A DNA stretch of 61,255 bases, filler included, from Alphaproteobacteria bacterium (GTDB taxonomy: Bacteria > Pseudomonadota > Alphaproteobacteria > Caedimonadales > UBA9215): the NCBI GenBank assembly GCA_024280495.1. It is 9 parts of 9 records of this genome, joined end to end, with 100 filler letters (N's around TTAATTAATTAA, not from the genome) between each part and the next. Parts side by side here need not be neighbours in the genome. Positions count along the whole stretch, not along the records: positions 37,347 to 44,678 come from JAJRPZ010000070.1; positions 44,779 to 57,592 come from JAJRPZ010000071.1; 7 more parts are not named here. The stretch is one strand, 5' to 3'. The position numbers and the translations under genes were made by a program. Positions 38,931 through 50,301 of the stretch are shown here, piece after piece. A model generated the notes under the pieces. That model worked only from the letters and a program-made list of their open reading frames with translations. It had not been told where the DNA came from and ran no database searches. The number at the start of each line of letters is the position of its first letter. Within the stretch, counting starts at the first letter, position 1.

Positions 38931-40339
38931 TGACTTCTTTAACACACAATACCCTCCATATTTATAATACGTTAACACGTACTCTCGAAGAATTTACCCC
39001 CCGCAAACCTGGCCGCGTTGGCCTTTATGTTTGTGGTCCCACAGTTTATGACAGGGCTCATATTGGCAATGCAAGGCCCGTTGTGGTTTTTGACACTTTA
39101 TATCGTATATTATCCCTTGAAAATAAAGTGACTTACGTTAAAAATATCACGGATATTGATGATAAAATTATCAAAGCTGCCCAGGAGCAAAAGGTCCAAA
39201 TTTCTGAAATTACAGAAAAATTCACAAAACTTTATCAAAAAGATATGGCTGCTTTAAATGCCTTACCACCATCAAAAGAACCCCGTGCAACGGACAATGT
39301 GCCAGAGATGATTTCAATGATCAAAAGTCTTATTGAAAAAAAACATGCTTATGTTGCTGATGGTCATGTTCTTTTTGACACAACAAGTGATGAAAATTAT
39401 GGCTGCCTTTCCCATCAACCTCTGGATGACATGATTGCTGGTGCCCGCGTTGAGGTTGCCCCTTATAAAAAAAATCCCCAGGATTTCGTCCTCTGGAAAC
39501 CATCAAATGATGGTGATCCTGGCTGGGAAAGTCCTTGGAACCTTAATGGGAAATTAGGACGCCCTGGTTGGCATATTGAATGTTCTGCCATGGGATTAGC
39601 ACACCTAGGAGCTACATTTGATATCCATGGCGGTGGCTTGGATCTTTCTTTTCCCCATCATGAAAATGAAATTGCCCAAAGTACTTGCGCCCTTGGCAGA
39701 GGAACCTTTGCACGATATTGGATGCATAATGGTATGCTGATGGTTAATGGTGCCAAAATGTCAAAATCCCTTGGTAATTTTTATACCGTTGCAGATCTTT
39801 TTGAACAAGCCAACGGAGAGACTATCCGTTTTGCCATTCTTTCTTGTCAGTATCGTCAGCCTTTGGATTGGCAGAAAACGACTCTTCCCCAAGCAAAAGC
39901 AGCACTTGACGGTTTGTATACGGCCCTTGAAGGCTTTGGTTTGGATGAGGATTCTCCCCTTGCCATCGATGATATCGTTTTAACGGCTCTCTATGATGAT
40001 CTCAATACGCCAAAAGCTATTGCAAGGTTGCATGAGCTTGCCAAAGAAGCCAATAAAGCTAAAACAGAAACAGAAAAACGGGATCTTCAAAAAGTTTTGC
40101 GTGACAGTGGATCCCTTTTAGGTATCCTTCAACAAGAAGCAATCAATTGGTTTCAAGGTCCCCTTACGACAACTTCTAATGGACTCTCATCGGATGAAAT
40201 CCAAGATTTTATCAACAAGCGTACTCAAGCTCGTTTACATAAGGATTTTGCGGAATCCGATCGCATTCGGGATTATTTACTGGAACACCATATTTCCCTC
40301 GAGGATTCTGCCACGGGAACACTATGGAAACGTCGTTAA
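38930..40339 (+). CDS. cysS: Cysteine-tRNA ligase
   Basis: YVCGPTVY, HIGN, GRPGWHIECSAM and KMSKS. Confidence 0.99.
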   Translation: MTSLTHNTLHIYNTLTRTLEEFTPRKPGRVGLYVCGPTVYDRAHIGNARPVVVFDTLYRILSLENKVTYVKNITDIDDKIIKAAQEQKVQISEITEKFTKLYQKDMAALNALPPSKEPRATDNVPEMISMIKSLIEKKHAYVADGHVLFDTTSDENYGCLSHQPLDDMIAGARVEVAPYKKNPQDFVLWKPSNDGDPGWESPWNLNGKLGRPGWHIECSAMGLAHLGATFDIHGGGLDLSFPHHENEIAQSTCALGRGTFARYWMHNGMLMVNGAKMSKSLGNFYTVADLFEQANGETIRFAILSCQYRQPLDWQKTTLPQAKAALDGLYTALEGFGLDEDSPLAIDDIVLTALYDDLNTPKAIARLHELAKEANKAKTETEKRDLQKVLRDSGSLLGILQQEAINWFQGPLTTTSNGLSSDEIQDFINKRTQARLHKDFAESDRIRDYLLEHHISLEDSATGTLWKRR

Positions 40340-40375
40340 CCTGAAAATGCCATTAATTTTATAAAGGATTGGATT

Positions 40376-41461
40376 ATGACAAAAATGGAAAGTCGCCCTC
40401 ACTTAAAACCTGGCGTTGTAACGGGTGAGGCTTATAAACTTTTTGTAGAGCAAGCAAAAAAAGAGGGGTATGCCCTTCCTGCCGTTAATGTTATTGGTAC
40501 CAACAGTATAAATGCTGTTCTAGAGGCTGCTTCTAAAAATAAATCCGACGTGATTATTCAATTATCCAGCGGTGGCGCGCAATTCTTTGGCGGAAAAGGA
40601 CACGAAGATTCAGAAAACACCCGCATTCTTGGGGCAGTCTCAGCTGCACAACACGTACACCTTATGGCCCAACATTATGGAATTTGCGTTGCCCTTCATA
40701 CGGATCATGCTCACAAGGATCTCATTCCTTGGTTGGATGCCCTCATTGATTACAGTGAAGACCTTTATAAAGCCGAGGGAGTTCCTTTGTTTTCATCCCA
40801 TATGTTGGACCTTTCAGCAGAACCCATCGAAGAAAATATAGCAGAATCAAAACGCCTCTTAAAACGTATGACACCCTTGGGTATGTCCCTTGAGATTGAA
40901 CTTGGCATCACTGGCGGCGAAGAAGACGGAGTTGGTTCCGAGGATAACCTTAATAATCCAAGCCTTTATACCCAACCCAAAGAATGTCTTTATGCTTATG
41001 AGGAACTGTCACACCTTGGGCATTTTTCTTTGGCTGCATCCTTTGGAAATGTGCATGGTGTTTACAAACCAGGTAACGTTCAATTGCGTCCTGAAATTTT
41101 AAAATCCGCTCAAGACCTCATCCAAGAAAAATATAACACAAGCCATAATCCTCTGCATCTTGTGTTTCACGGTGGATCAGGCTCCCAAGACCGTCACATC
41201 AAAGCTGCTCTGTCTTATGGTGTTTTTAAAATGAATATTGATACGGATTTACAATTTGCTTTTGCCAAAAAAGTTGGCGATGCCATAAAAGAAACACCTC
41301 AGGCATTCATACATCAGGTTGATCCAGAAACAGGTAAACCTTATAAAAAGTTTTATGATCCCCGTACATTCTTACGAAATGGCGAAAAAGGTATCATCGA
41401 GCGCCTTGGAGAAGCCTTTGAAATTCTTGGCTCAAAAGGAAAAACTTTGGCATGTCAATAA
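40376..41461 (+). CDS. fbaA: Class II fructose-bisphosphate aldolase (E. coli FbaA type)
   Basis: HTDH, LFSSHMLDLS, EIELGITGGEEDGV, FGNVHGVYKPGNV and KKFYDPR. Confidence 0.96.
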   Translation: MTKMESRPHLKPGVVTGEAYKLFVEQAKKEGYALPAVNVIGTNSINAVLEAASKNKSDVIIQLSSGGAQFFGGKGHEDSENTRILGAVSAAQHVHLMAQHYGICVALHTDHAHKDLIPWLDALIDYSEDLYKAEGVPLFSSHMLDLSAEPIEENIAESKRLLKRMTPLGMSLEIELGITGGEEDGVGSEDNLNNPSLYTQPKECLYAYEELSHLGHFSLAASFGNVHGVYKPGNVQLRPEILKSAQDLIQEKYNTSHNPLHLVFHGGSGSQDRHIKAALSYGVFKMNIDTDLQFAFAKKVGDAIKETPQAFIHQVDPETGKPYKKFYDPRTFLRNGEKGIIERLGEAFEILGSKGKTLACQ

Positions 41462-41553
41462 CGCCATAAGTATAGAACCCTCTGCAAAAAGTGTGTTTTT
41501 TTTTAGAAAATAAGATTTAAAAATAGTTTTTCACCTTTTTTTCAGAGGTGCTT

Positions 41554-44298
41554 TTAGTTACTTTTTCCACAGCAATGTTTAAATCTTTTTTCAGAACCGC
41601 AGGGGCAAAGAGCATTTCGAGGCGTTTTTCCGTTAGAGTCAGTAAGGTTATTAGGACCCTTTTTTACTTTTTTTGATGGATTAGATCTTGCTAAACGTTG
41701 AGCAATGCTTTGAGGTCCCCCAGGCTTTTTAGACATATCAGTGGCTGTTTTCTGAGGGCCGCTATAATCAAGTTCTGATGTATCTGTTCCCATGCCATCA
41801 AGAGCCGCAGCCTCCAATTCATCTTCATTTTGAGTGCTGATTTCAAGGTGAGACATTGTTGAGATTGTCGTCTCACATATACTTGTCATCATGTCCTCGA
41901 ACATGATAAAGGCCTCTTGTTTGTATTCGTTCAAAGGATCACGTTGCGCAATGGCACGCAGGTTAATTCCTTGTCGTAAATGGTCCAGATTGTGAAGGTG
42001 ATCTTTCCAGGCACTGTCAAGAACACGCAATAAGATGCTTTTTTCGCCCATGCGCATAAGAGCGGCAGAGTATTTATTTTCTTTCTCTAACATATGTTTT
42101 TTATAAGAACTTTCAATGCGACCACGAAGTTCTTTTTCTGCAATACCATCTTCTTGACTCCAGCTTTTAAGAGGAAGGTCAATGCCGTAAAGTCGTAAAA
42201 CTTCTTCGTGTAAGGTTTCAATATTCCATTGATCGGCAAAACTATTTTCAGGAATGCAGCGGTTAATAAGATTATCCAGAGCCTCTTGGCGCATTTCTTC
42301 AACAAGGGCACTGCTGTCGTGTTTTTCCATAAGATTGCGACGTTGTTCATAGACAACTTTACGTTGGGCGTTCATCACATCATCATATTTTAAAAGTTGT
42401 TTTCGCATGTCATAGTTGCGAGCTTCAACTTTTCTTTGTGCATTTTCAAGGGCTTTGTTAACCCAGGGATGGGTGATAGCTTCACCTTCTTCTAGACCCA
42501 ATTTTTGCAACATGGAGTCCAGGCGATCTGATCCAAAAATACGCATTAAGTCATCTTCGAGAGACAAGTAAAATCTGGACATACCAGGATCTCCTTGACG
42601 TCCAGAACGACCGCGCAATTGGTTATCCACACGGCGACTTTCATGACGCTCGGTTCCGATAACACAAAGACCACCAGCTTTTTTCACAACTTCAGCAGCT
42701 TCTTTTATTTCGGTCCTTATTTTCTTTTCTAAATCTTTTTTATCCTTGGCGCCGTCCAATTCTTGTTCAAGGCGGGCTTCTAAATTACCACCAAGTTTAA
42801 TGTCCGTTCCACGACCTGCCATATTTGTGGCAATGGTAATGTTGCCAGGACGCCCGGCATCTTCGATAATACCAGCTTCTTGTTCATGGAATCGTGCATT
42901 CAAAATATTGTGTTTGATCTTGTTTTTAGTCAGGTGTGATGATATTAGCTCTGATTTTTCAATGCTCGCCGTTCCCACAAGAACGGGTTGATTTCGCTCT
43001 TGGCATTCTTTTACTTGTTTGACAATGGCATCCATTTTTTCGCGTTCAGTGCGGTAAACTTCATCATCGTTGTCTTTGCGAACAACAGGAAGTTTTGTGC
43101 GAATTTGGACGACATCAAGATTGTAAATATCATGGAGTTCTGCTGCTTCTGTCTTGGCCGTTCCCGTCATTCCAGAAAGTTTGTCATAAAGCCTAAAATA
43201 ATTTTGAAATGTAATGGAAGCAAGGGTTTGGTTTTCCATTTGTATGGCAACATGTTCTTTTGCTTCCAAAGCCTGGTGGAGACCATCGGAATAGCGTCTT
43301 CCATCCATCATGCGTCCTGTAAATTCATCAATGATAATGACTTGGTCATCTTTAACGATATAATCAACATCTTTTCTAAACATAAGGTGCGCACGCAGAG
43401 CTTGATTTATATGGTGCACAAGGGCAATATTTTGAATCTCGTAAAGAGACCCTTCTTTGATGAGGCCATGTTTTTCGAGAAGATCTTCAACATGCTGGTT
43501 ACCTTCTTCAGTCAGTGTTATTGACTTATTTTTTTCCTCCATTTCATAATCTTCTGGTTTCAAGAGAGGAATAATTTTATCAACGTCCATATATGTTTCA
43601 GAAGAATCTTCCGTTGGTCCTGAAATAATAAGGGGAGTTCTGGCTTCATCAATTAAAATACTATCCACCTCGTCAACGATGGCATAAGCAAGAGGGCGTT
43701 GAGCAACTTCTTCTTTTCTAAACTTCATATTGTCGCGTAAATAATCAAAACCAAGTTCGTTGTTAGTGGCATAGATGACATCACACCCATAGGCTGCCTG
43801 GCGCTGTTCATCATTCATATCGTTGATCACACAATCCACGGTCAAGCCGAGAAATTTATACAAATGCCCCATGGAATGAGAATCGCGCTCCGCAAGGTAA
43901 TCGTTGACGGTCACCACGTGAACGCCTTTTTCACTCAAGGCATTTAAGTAAACAGGTAAGGTAGCCACAAGGGTTTTTCCCTCACCAGTTGCCATTTCTG
44001 CAACCATGCCACGATGAAGAATAATAGCGCCTAGAATCTGAACATCATAAGGGCGCATTTCAAGGACGCGTTTAGAGGCCTCTCGGACAACGGCAAAGGC
44101 TTCTGGTAGAATGTCCTCAAGGGAAGAACCTGCCTTAAGACGTTTTTTAAACTCTATGGTTTTTTCTTTAAGAGCAGCATCGGAAAGGGTTTCTAATGAA
44201 GACTCAAAACCATTAACTTGCGCAAGAATAGGATCAAGTTTCTTAAGAAGTCTTTCGTCTCGTGAACCAAAGAATTTATTCAAAGCATTTAAAAACAT
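41554..44298 (-). CDS. secA: Preprotein translocase subunit SecA
   Basis: [27 protein letters not shown] and C-terminal CPCGS..FKHCCG. Confidence 0.99.
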   Translation of the reverse strand: MFLNALNKFFGSRDERLLKKLDPILAQVNGFESSLETLSDAALKEKTIEFKKRLKAGSSLEDILPEAFAVVREASKRVLEMRPYDVQILGAIILHRGMVAEMATGEGKTLVATLPVYLNALSEKGVHVVTVNDYLAERDSHSMGHLYKFLGLTVDCVINDMNDEQRQAAYGCDVIYATNNELGFDYLRDNMKFRKEEVAQRPLAYAIVDEVDSILIDEARTPLIISGPTEDSSETYMDVDKIIPLLKPEDYEMEEKNKSITLTEEGNQHVEDLLEKHGLIKEGSLYEIQNIALVHHINQALRAHLMFRKDVDYIVKDDQVIIIDEFTGRMMDGRRYSDGLHQALEAKEHVAIQMENQTLASITFQNYFRLYDKLSGMTGTAKTEAAELHDIYNLDVVQIRTKLPVVRKDNDDEVYRTEREKMDAIVKQVKECQERNQPVLVGTASIEKSELISSHLTKNKIKHNILNARFHEQEAGIIEDAGRPGNITIATNMAGRGTDIKLGGNLEARLEQELDGAKDKKDLEKKIRTEIKEAAEVVKKAGGLCVIGTERHESRRVDNQLRGRSGRQGDPGMSRFYLSLEDDLMRIFGSDRLDSMLQKLGLEEGEAITHPWVNKALENAQRKVEARNYDMRKQLLKYDDVMNAQRKVVYEQRRNLMEKHDSSALVEEMRQEALDNLINRCIPENSFADQWNIETLHEEVLRLYGIDLPLKSWSQEDGIAEKELRGRIESSYKKHMLEKENKYSAALMRMGEKSILLRVLDSAWKDHLHNLDHLRQGINLRAIAQRDPLNEYKQEAFIMFEDMMTSICETTISTMSHLEISTQNEDELEAAALDGMGTDTSELDYSGPQKTATDMSKKPGGPQSIAQRLARSNPSKKVKKGPNNLTDSNGKTPRNALCPCGSEKRFKHCCGKSN

Positions 44299-44460
44299 AT
44301 TTTGTATCTGGCCTTAATATTTCACTAAAAAATCTATAAACTGGATACTTTTCTATGGGGTAAGCTACATAGATGCGCCAGTATCTCATAAAAACACTAC
44401 CATAAAAATCTTTTTTTATTTAGGAAAAAAGATTTTTCTAAATATCTTTTATGTGAGTTA

Positions 44461-44489
44461 TTGACAGAAGGGAGGCTGCTTTGTATATC
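44461..44489 (+). promoter_or_regulatory. Sigma70 promoter of tRNA-Ser
   Basis: TTGACA-17nt-TATATC. Confidence 0.6.
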
Positions 44490-44505
44490 TAAGAGAGATC
44501 TACCT

Positions 44506-44595
44506 GGAGAGGTGGCCGAGTGGCTGAAGGCGCACGCTTGGAAAGCGTGTATGCAGGCAACTGTATCGCGGGTTCGAATCCCGCTCTCTCCGCCA
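44506..44595 (+). tRNA. tRNA-Ser(GGA)
   Basis: Cloverleaf with long variable arm, CACGC-TTGGAAA-GCGTG and encoded CCA. Confidence 0.97.
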
Positions 44596-44627
44596 GATTT
44601 TTTCTCTTTTTTATTTTTTAAGTGGAG

Positions 44628-44678
44628 TGAGGTGGTCCTAAATAATCGGACAGGGTGCTAAGCTTCATTGATTGATAC
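44628..44678 (+). mobile_element. IS3-family left end (contig break)
   Basis: Identical to 29103 onward. Confidence 0.9.
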
Positions 44679-44778
44679 NNNNNNNNNNNNNNNNNNNNNN
44701 NNNNNNNNNNNNNNNNNNNNNNTTAATTAATTAANNNNNNNNNNNNNNNNNNNNNNNNNNNNNNNNNNNNNNNNNNNN

Positions 44779-45491
44779 GCTGCTCGCGCTAAAGGTTCAA
44801 CAAAACGACGATCACCGCCAGATGTATTACCATTTCCGCCTGGTTGCTGTACGGAGTGAGTCGCATCAAAAATCACAGGACAGCCCGTTTGAGCCATGGT
44901 TGGAAGACCGCGCATATCACTCACGAGGGTATTGTACCCAAAGGAAGCGCCGCGCTCACAAAGCATAACTTTATCATTACCTGCATCAATAACTTTTTGC
45001 GCAACATTAGCCATGTCCCAAGGTGCTAAAAACTGACCTTTTTTAATATTGATGGCTTTACCAGTTTTAGCAGCCGCCACAAGGAGATCCGTTTGACGGC
45101 AAAGAAATGCTGGAATTTGCAACATATCCACAACTTGTCCCACAAGACGACATTGCTCTTCGGTATGCACATCGGTGATCACAGGCAGACCTGTTTTTGC
45201 ACGCACTTCCTCCATGATTTCAAGACCTTTATCCATACCAACACCACGGTAACTTCTGTTACTCGTGCGATTAGCTTTATCAAAGGATGATTTATAAACA
45301 ATGGAAACGCCTTTTTTCTCGGCAATTTCCTTGAGGGCGTGGCTCATTTCAAGGGCGTGTTCACGGCTTTCCATGGCACAGGGGCCCAAAATTAAGGAAA
45401 TGGGTTTGGCATTTGAAAAGAGGACTTCTTTTACGTCTCCCCCACCAACAGTTACATTTTTTGCTTTTTTTGCAATAATATCCTGAGTCAT
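44779..45491 (-). CDS. kdsA: KDO8P synthase, 3' truncated
   Basis: KSSFDKANRTS, QIPAFLCRQT and FDATHSVQ. Confidence 0.98.
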
Positions 45492-45497
45492 TTTAGT

Positions 45498-47225
45498 CTA
45501 ATTTCCCTGTTTTATATTTTCTGCGGCTTGAACAAAGTCCTTAAAGGCTGGGTGTGGCGCCATGGGTTTTGATTTAAATTCTGGGTGAAATTGCATGGCA
45601 AGAAACCAAGGATGATCTTTAATTTCAATAATTTCAGGCAATGCCCCATCAGGGCTAGCGCCCGTGATTTGCATACCTGCCTTTTTAAGAGCTTCCTCAT
45701 AGGAGAAATCCATTTCATAACGATGGCGGTGACGTTCAGAAATTTTACTGTTCCCATAAATCTTTTGTACCAAAGACCCTTCCGTTAAGGCACAAGGATA
45801 AGCCCCAAGACGCATGGTACCACCAAGGCCCGTATCCGTTGAACGCCGCTCCATCTTTTCACGGTTTTGCCACTTTGTAATGAGTTTAACAATAGGATCT
45901 GGCGTTTGGGGATCAAATTCCGTAGAATCAGCCTCCTTAAGACCCAAAACATTTCTTGCAAATTCAATGACCGCTAACTGCATTCCCAAACAAATCCCCA
46001 TATAAGGAATTTTATTCTCTCGAGCATAAGTAATTGCGCGCATTTTACCACGGGTTCCACGTTCACCATGACCACCAGGCACAAGGATACCCTGCATACC
46101 TAACATCGCCTTTTCAACGGCAGCCCTATCAACAAGGTCTTCTGCATTCAACCAAGTTACTTTCACTTTTACCTGGTTTGCAATTCCTGCATGTTCAAAG
46201 GATTCAGCAATGGATTTATAAGCATCCTGAAGGCCCGTATATTTCCCAACGACGGCAATATTAACGGTATTTTTAGGCGAATGAACCCGCTCAACAATAT
46301 TTTGCCATATTGACAGGTCTGGCGATGGTGCTTCCATGGAAAAGTGTTTAAGAACTTGATCATCTAATCCTTGTTCTGCATAGGCCAAAGGCACCTTATA
46401 AATGGTATCAACATCTGCTGCTTCAATGACACAGTCAGGTTTAATATTGCAAAAAAGGGCAAGTTTACGTTTAGCTTCCTCGGGCAAGGGCATTTCCGTA
46501 CGACACATCAAAACATCGGGCTGAATCCCCATACTTTGCAATTCTTTCACGGAATGCTGAGAGGGTTTTGTTTTAAGTTCACCCGCAGTTTTGATATAAG
46601 GGAGCAAAGTCAAATGCATAAATAAAACATTTTCACGACCCACATCATTGGCATATTGACGAATGGCTTCCAAAAATGGCAACCCTTCGATATCTCCCAC
46701 TGTCCCTCCAATTTCACATATAAGAAAATCCACATCATCTTCTATGTCTGAAACAAGGTGATCTTTGATTTCATTGGTAATATGGGGAATAATTTGAATG
46801 GTCGCGCCTAAATAAACACCGCGTCGCTCTTTTGAAATTACTTTTGAATAAATTTGACCCGTTGAAACTGCATCGCTGCGCCTGGTATAAAGGGACGTAA
46901 AACGTTCATAATGACCAAGATCCAAGTCCGTCTCGCCACCGTCTTCAGTCACATAGACTTCTCCATGTTGAAAGGGGCTCATGGTCCCTGGGTCAACATT
47001 CAAATAAGGTTCAAATTTACGAAGGCGCACTTTGAAACCACGGGCCTCCATCAAGGCACCAAGGCTCGCAGCAGAAATCCCTTTACCAAGGGAAGAAAGA
47101 ACGCCGCCCGTTACAAAAATAACCTTAGCTTTTAGTTGTTTTTTTACCTGGGAATTTATTTGGGCTTTCATGAAAACTTCCTCTTCTGCAACATTAATCA
47201 AATCCATTTCAATGGCTGATTTCAC
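45498..47225 (-). CDS. pyrG: CTP synthase (start may be 47171)
   Basis: [21 protein letters not shown] and QFHPE. Confidence 0.98.
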   Translation of the reverse strand: MKSAIEMDLINVAEEEVFMKAQINSQVKKQLKAKVIFVTGGVLSSLGKGISAASLGALMEARGFKVRLRKFEPYLNVDPGTMSPFQHGEVYVTEDGGETDLDLGHYERFTSLYTRRSDAVSTGQIYSKVISKERRGVYLGATIQIIPHITNEIKDHLVSDIEDDVDFLICEIGGTVGDIEGLPFLEAIRQYANDVGRENVLFMHLTLLPYIKTAGELKTKPSQHSVKELQSMGIQPDVLMCRTEMPLPEEAKRKLALFCNIKPDCVIEAADVDTIYKVPLAYAEQGLDDQVLKHFSMEAPSPDLSIWQNIVERVHSPKNTVNIAVVGKYTGLQDAYKSIAESFEHAGIANQVKVKVTWLNAEDLVDRAAVEKAMLGMQGILVPGGHGERGTRGKMRAITYARENKIPYMGICLGMQLAVIEFARNVLGLKEADSTEFDPQTPDPIVKLITKWQNREKMERRSTDTGLGGTMRLGAYPCALTEGSLVQKIYGNSKISERHRHRYEMDFSYEEALKKAGMQITGASPDGALPEIIEIKDHPWFLAMQFHPEFKSKPMAPHPAFKDFVQAAENIKQGN

Positions 47226-47286
47226 GCATTTTTATGAAAAAGAACGAATGATAATCCCCACTACTTAACTTTACTATTAATAAAAA

Positions 47287-47643
47287 TTATTTCGCCAATG
47301 GCTTTTGTACGGGCACTTTTGACGTCGAAGGAGCAACTGGCAAGGAAGGTTTTGACGTATCTTTTTCAACGTTAACCACAGAAGAATCTCCAGAAACGTC
47401 ATCCAAAATAGATTGACTACTTTTGGAACCCTTAAAAGAAATTGCCAACAAAATAGTTGATACAAAGAAAAGTGTCGCCATAACGCCCGTTGAACGCGTC
47501 AACAGGTTGGCACTACCACGGGCACTCATCAAATTACCTCCTCCCATGCCAAGGGCACCGCCCTCGCTTTTTTGAATGAGAATCAAACCAATCATAATAG
47601 CAACAAAGATAATATGGGCCACAAGTAAAACAGTACTAATCAT
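47287..47643 (-). CDS. secG: Preprotein translocase subunit SecG
   Basis: ILIQKSEGGALG...RGSANLLTRST. Confidence 0.95.
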   Translation of the reverse strand: MISTVLLVAHIIFVAIMIGLILIQKSEGGALGMGGGNLMSARGSANLLTRSTGVMATLFFVSTILLAISFKGSKSSQSILDDVSGDSSVVNVEKDTSKPSLPVAPSTSKVPVQKPLAK

Positions 47644-47732
47644 GAGATCCTCTTATAATTTCAAATTTTTAAAACACTTAATCGCACAATATCAAATTTT
47701 GGAGCTATTGCACAGCGATTTTTCTGCCAATG

Positions 47733-49355
47733 CTAGTTTGTAAAATATTTTTTATTAATTTCTACTTTATAACGAGAAAGGAGGTCTGCCGTCAACAATT
47801 GGAACATGTCATTTGCCGATTGTGCTTGAAGGTGATCTTTAAAAAACTTAAATTCTTTGGGGTTTTTCCCAGCATTCCCATTTTTAATGTCAGTAATTTG
47901 CGCTAGGGCGTAAACAACGCCGTGACCTTCTCTTACATATTGCAATAACGCATACCCTTTATGAGGAACTACAAACAAGCGATTCGGTTGCATTTTGAGC
48001 ATAAACGCTGGTGTCGGCGGCAACATCTTTTGTCGATCAGCACGCAAAGAAACTGTTTTCAAAGCATATTGCTTGGCAATAACAGTAAAATTTGCCCCTC
48101 CTCTTAAAGAAGTTTCAATTTTTTGAATCATTTCAAAAGTGTTTTTTTGTTGTTCTTGTGCTTTATAAGCTTCCATGACCTCATGTTTTGCATCTGATAA
48201 GGAAAGCTGTTTTGGATCTTTACGATCTTCAACGTAAATGACTGCATATTTGGCAGGGAGGTCACCAGGAACGACAACTTCTTCCAAAGGTGATAAATCC
48301 CCCTCTTCCGCAGCAAATGCCATTTCAATCAAAACTTGATCAAAAGTGGATCGTTCGCTCTTTTTGTCTTGGAGTGTTACTTCAAGCAAGTCAACAAATT
48401 CAGCCTTTGACTTTGAGGCTATATTTTTCAAAGAAGCCCCCTCTTCAAAGGATTCTTGAATTTTGTTAGCACGGGCAAGCATCAACTCTTGAACTGCATC
48501 ATGACGCAACTGAGCACGTACCAATATTTTAGCTTTATCCTCTTTCATACCTTGGTATTTTTTAGTCCGTTCCAGGTCATAAATTGTTTTAACATCATTT
48601 TCGCTAATACTAACATCCATGTCCTTAGATGAAACAATAATGGCCTTAAAAGTACGCCTCTCTGGAGCGAGAAATTGCCGTTGATTTTTCCCATAAAACT
48701 CACGAAGATCACCTTCTGAAGGGGTAGTTGTGAATTTTGCTTTTTTGGGATCAATGAGCATGGCCGTTGCAAAACGCACTTGCTTATCCCAAGCAAACAA
48801 AGGCTTTTCAGAAACCAATGGTAATGAAGCATTTAATGATAAAACCCGCGCAACACGGTTTTTTAGAATATCAGACTTCAAAAAAGCAATATAATCCTTT
48901 TCCATACCAAAGCCGTAATTGTTGATAAAACGTATAAAAGCTTCCTTTGAAAAAGAACCATCGGGGCGCAGAAAGGATTTTTGTGTTTTCAATTGCGCTA
49001 CCACATAATCATCGGAAACGGCAATACCTAACTTAGTGGCCTCTTGGCGCACCAAAGAATCGGACACGAGTGTATCTAAAATTTGTCGATCCAAACCTGA
49101 TGAACGAATGTCTTTATCACTAATATCCTGACCTGCATTCACGCGAAGCATTACACGAAATCTCTCAATGGCAAGGACCAAATCACGATTTGAAATTATT
49201 TCAGAACCAACCTTAGCAACGGTAGCATCACGGCTGATGCCCATCATGCGTAAACCTTCCTGCCCTCCCCACATAAAGGCAAAGCTAATGGCCAGGAAAC
49301 CAAAGAAAATTCTGGCAATAATACTGCCGCTGGCACGTCTAAAAAACTCGATCAT
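47733..49355 (-). CDS. PpiD/SurA-like periplasmic folding chaperone
   Basis: SFAFMWG, VAKVG..I and FLAPERR; start moved to MIEFFRR. Confidence 0.85.
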   Translation of the reverse strand: MIEFFRRASGSIIARIFFGFLAISFAFMWGGQEGLRMMGISRDATVAKVGSEIISNRDLVLAIERFRVMLRVNAGQDISDKDIRSSGLDRQILDTLVSDSLVRQEATKLGIAVSDDYVVAQLKTQKSFLRPDGSFSKEAFIRFINNYGFGMEKDYIAFLKSDILKNRVARVLSLNASLPLVSEKPLFAWDKQVRFATAMLIDPKKAKFTTTPSEGDLREFYGKNQRQFLAPERRTFKAIIVSSKDMDVSISENDVKTIYDLERTKKYQGMKEDKAKILVRAQLRHDAVQELMLARANKIQESFEEGASLKNIASKSKAEFVDLLEVTLQDKKSERSTFDQVLIEMAFAAEEGDLSPLEEVVVPGDLPAKYAVIYVEDRKDPKQLSLSDAKHEVMEAYKAQEQQKNTFEMIQKIETSLRGGANFTVIAKQYALKTVSLRADRQKMLPPTPAFMLKMQPNRLFVVPHKGYALLQYVREGHGVVYALAQITDIKNGNAGKNPKEFKFFKDHLQAQSANDMFQLLTADLLSRYKVEINKKYFTN

Positions 49356-49508
49356 AAAAAAACTCTCATAAAGTAGGATCATTAATATAGCCACAGTCTA
49401 CAAAGACTATCCTTTCCACGCAAGCCCCAAAGAGGCTTTTGTATAAGTTCAAATATATGAGATTTTTTTAAAATGACAATCTTCTATTTATGAAGGGGGA
49501 CAACATAG

Positions 49509-49721
49509 TCAACAATAGTGTTGGTCTTCTTGGAGAGTGGCAAGACCTTCCTTTTCAAGGACATACAAAAGTTTTTTATAGGCGTTTTTTTTTAAATAAT
49601 CTTGAGTCACAAATTTTGATCCCATCATCATAACCTCACGCCCTGTTTCAACATCAACGGCAATAACACGAATAAAGTGTTCTTGAGGTATAAACTCAAA
49701 AATAACATCTCGTTTTAGCAT
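49509..49721 (-). CDS. Small alphaproteobacterial protein (DUF6898-like)
   Basis: VIFEF.....RVIAVD..TG.EV...G......L...A.KKL pattern. Confidence 0.6.
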   Translation of the reverse strand: MLKRDVIFEFIPQEHFIRVIAVDVETGREVMMMGSKFVTQDYLKKNAYKKLLYVLEKEGLATLQEDQHYC

Positions 49722-49740
49722 GAAAAAAGTCCTCTACCCC

Positions 49741-50208
49741 CTAAGATACATGGGCGTTAATCATCCACAATGTTTTTTCAAAGTTAGCAATGAGATCATC
49801 ATATAAAGAATGAGTTCCACTATCATTCTCGGGCACAGCTGAATTATTCTCACGCATCTGCTCAATAAGATAAGCATAATCAGAGGATAGCTCATGCATC
49901 ATTTCTGTTGCGGACAAATTTTTTCCATGGGACTCTTTCAAGGTTGCAAGGTCAAGAAATTCTCTCATAGAGCCTGGTGCCACCGCATCAAGAGTACGCA
50001 TACGTTCGGCTACTTGATCGGAAATTGTCGCAAGATAAGTATATTGCTCTTCAAGAAAAGCATGTAAAACAGCAAAGTTTTCGCCTTTGATATTCCAGTG
50101 AAATTTTAAGGATTTAACATAAACCACAAAAACATCGCCTAAAATTTTTGAAAGCCCTTCAATGGTTTCTATTTTTTTTTGCTCATTTAATCCAATTAGG
50201 TGTGACAT
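49741..50208 (-). CDS. dps: Dps ferritin-like protein
   Basis: FHWNIKG..F..LH..LEEQY......D.VAER and EKTLWM. Confidence 0.95.
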   Translation of the reverse strand: MSHLIGLNEQKKIETIEGLSKILGDVFVVYVKSLKFHWNIKGENFAVLHAFLEEQYTYLATISDQVAERMRTLDAVAPGSMREFLDLATLKESHGKNLSATEMMHELSSDYAYLIEQMRENNSAVPENDSGTHSLYDDLIANFEKTLWMINAHVS

Positions 50209-50301
50209 ATCTGATTCCTTTATATTTTTTTGCTCTACTATTTTATAAGACAGTATCAGAATGTCCTAAAATCCTTTTTAAAAGGTAAACGGCAAAATAA
50301 A

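Noticed and set aside
44461..44661. 66-aa ORF (likewise 53426-53614 and 53520-53705)
   Set aside because: These overlap tRNA genes and are spurious
44596..44678. tRNA-Ser as an island integration site
   Set aside because: Only an IS3 end follows; no integrase or duplicated tRNA 3' end is visible before the contig break
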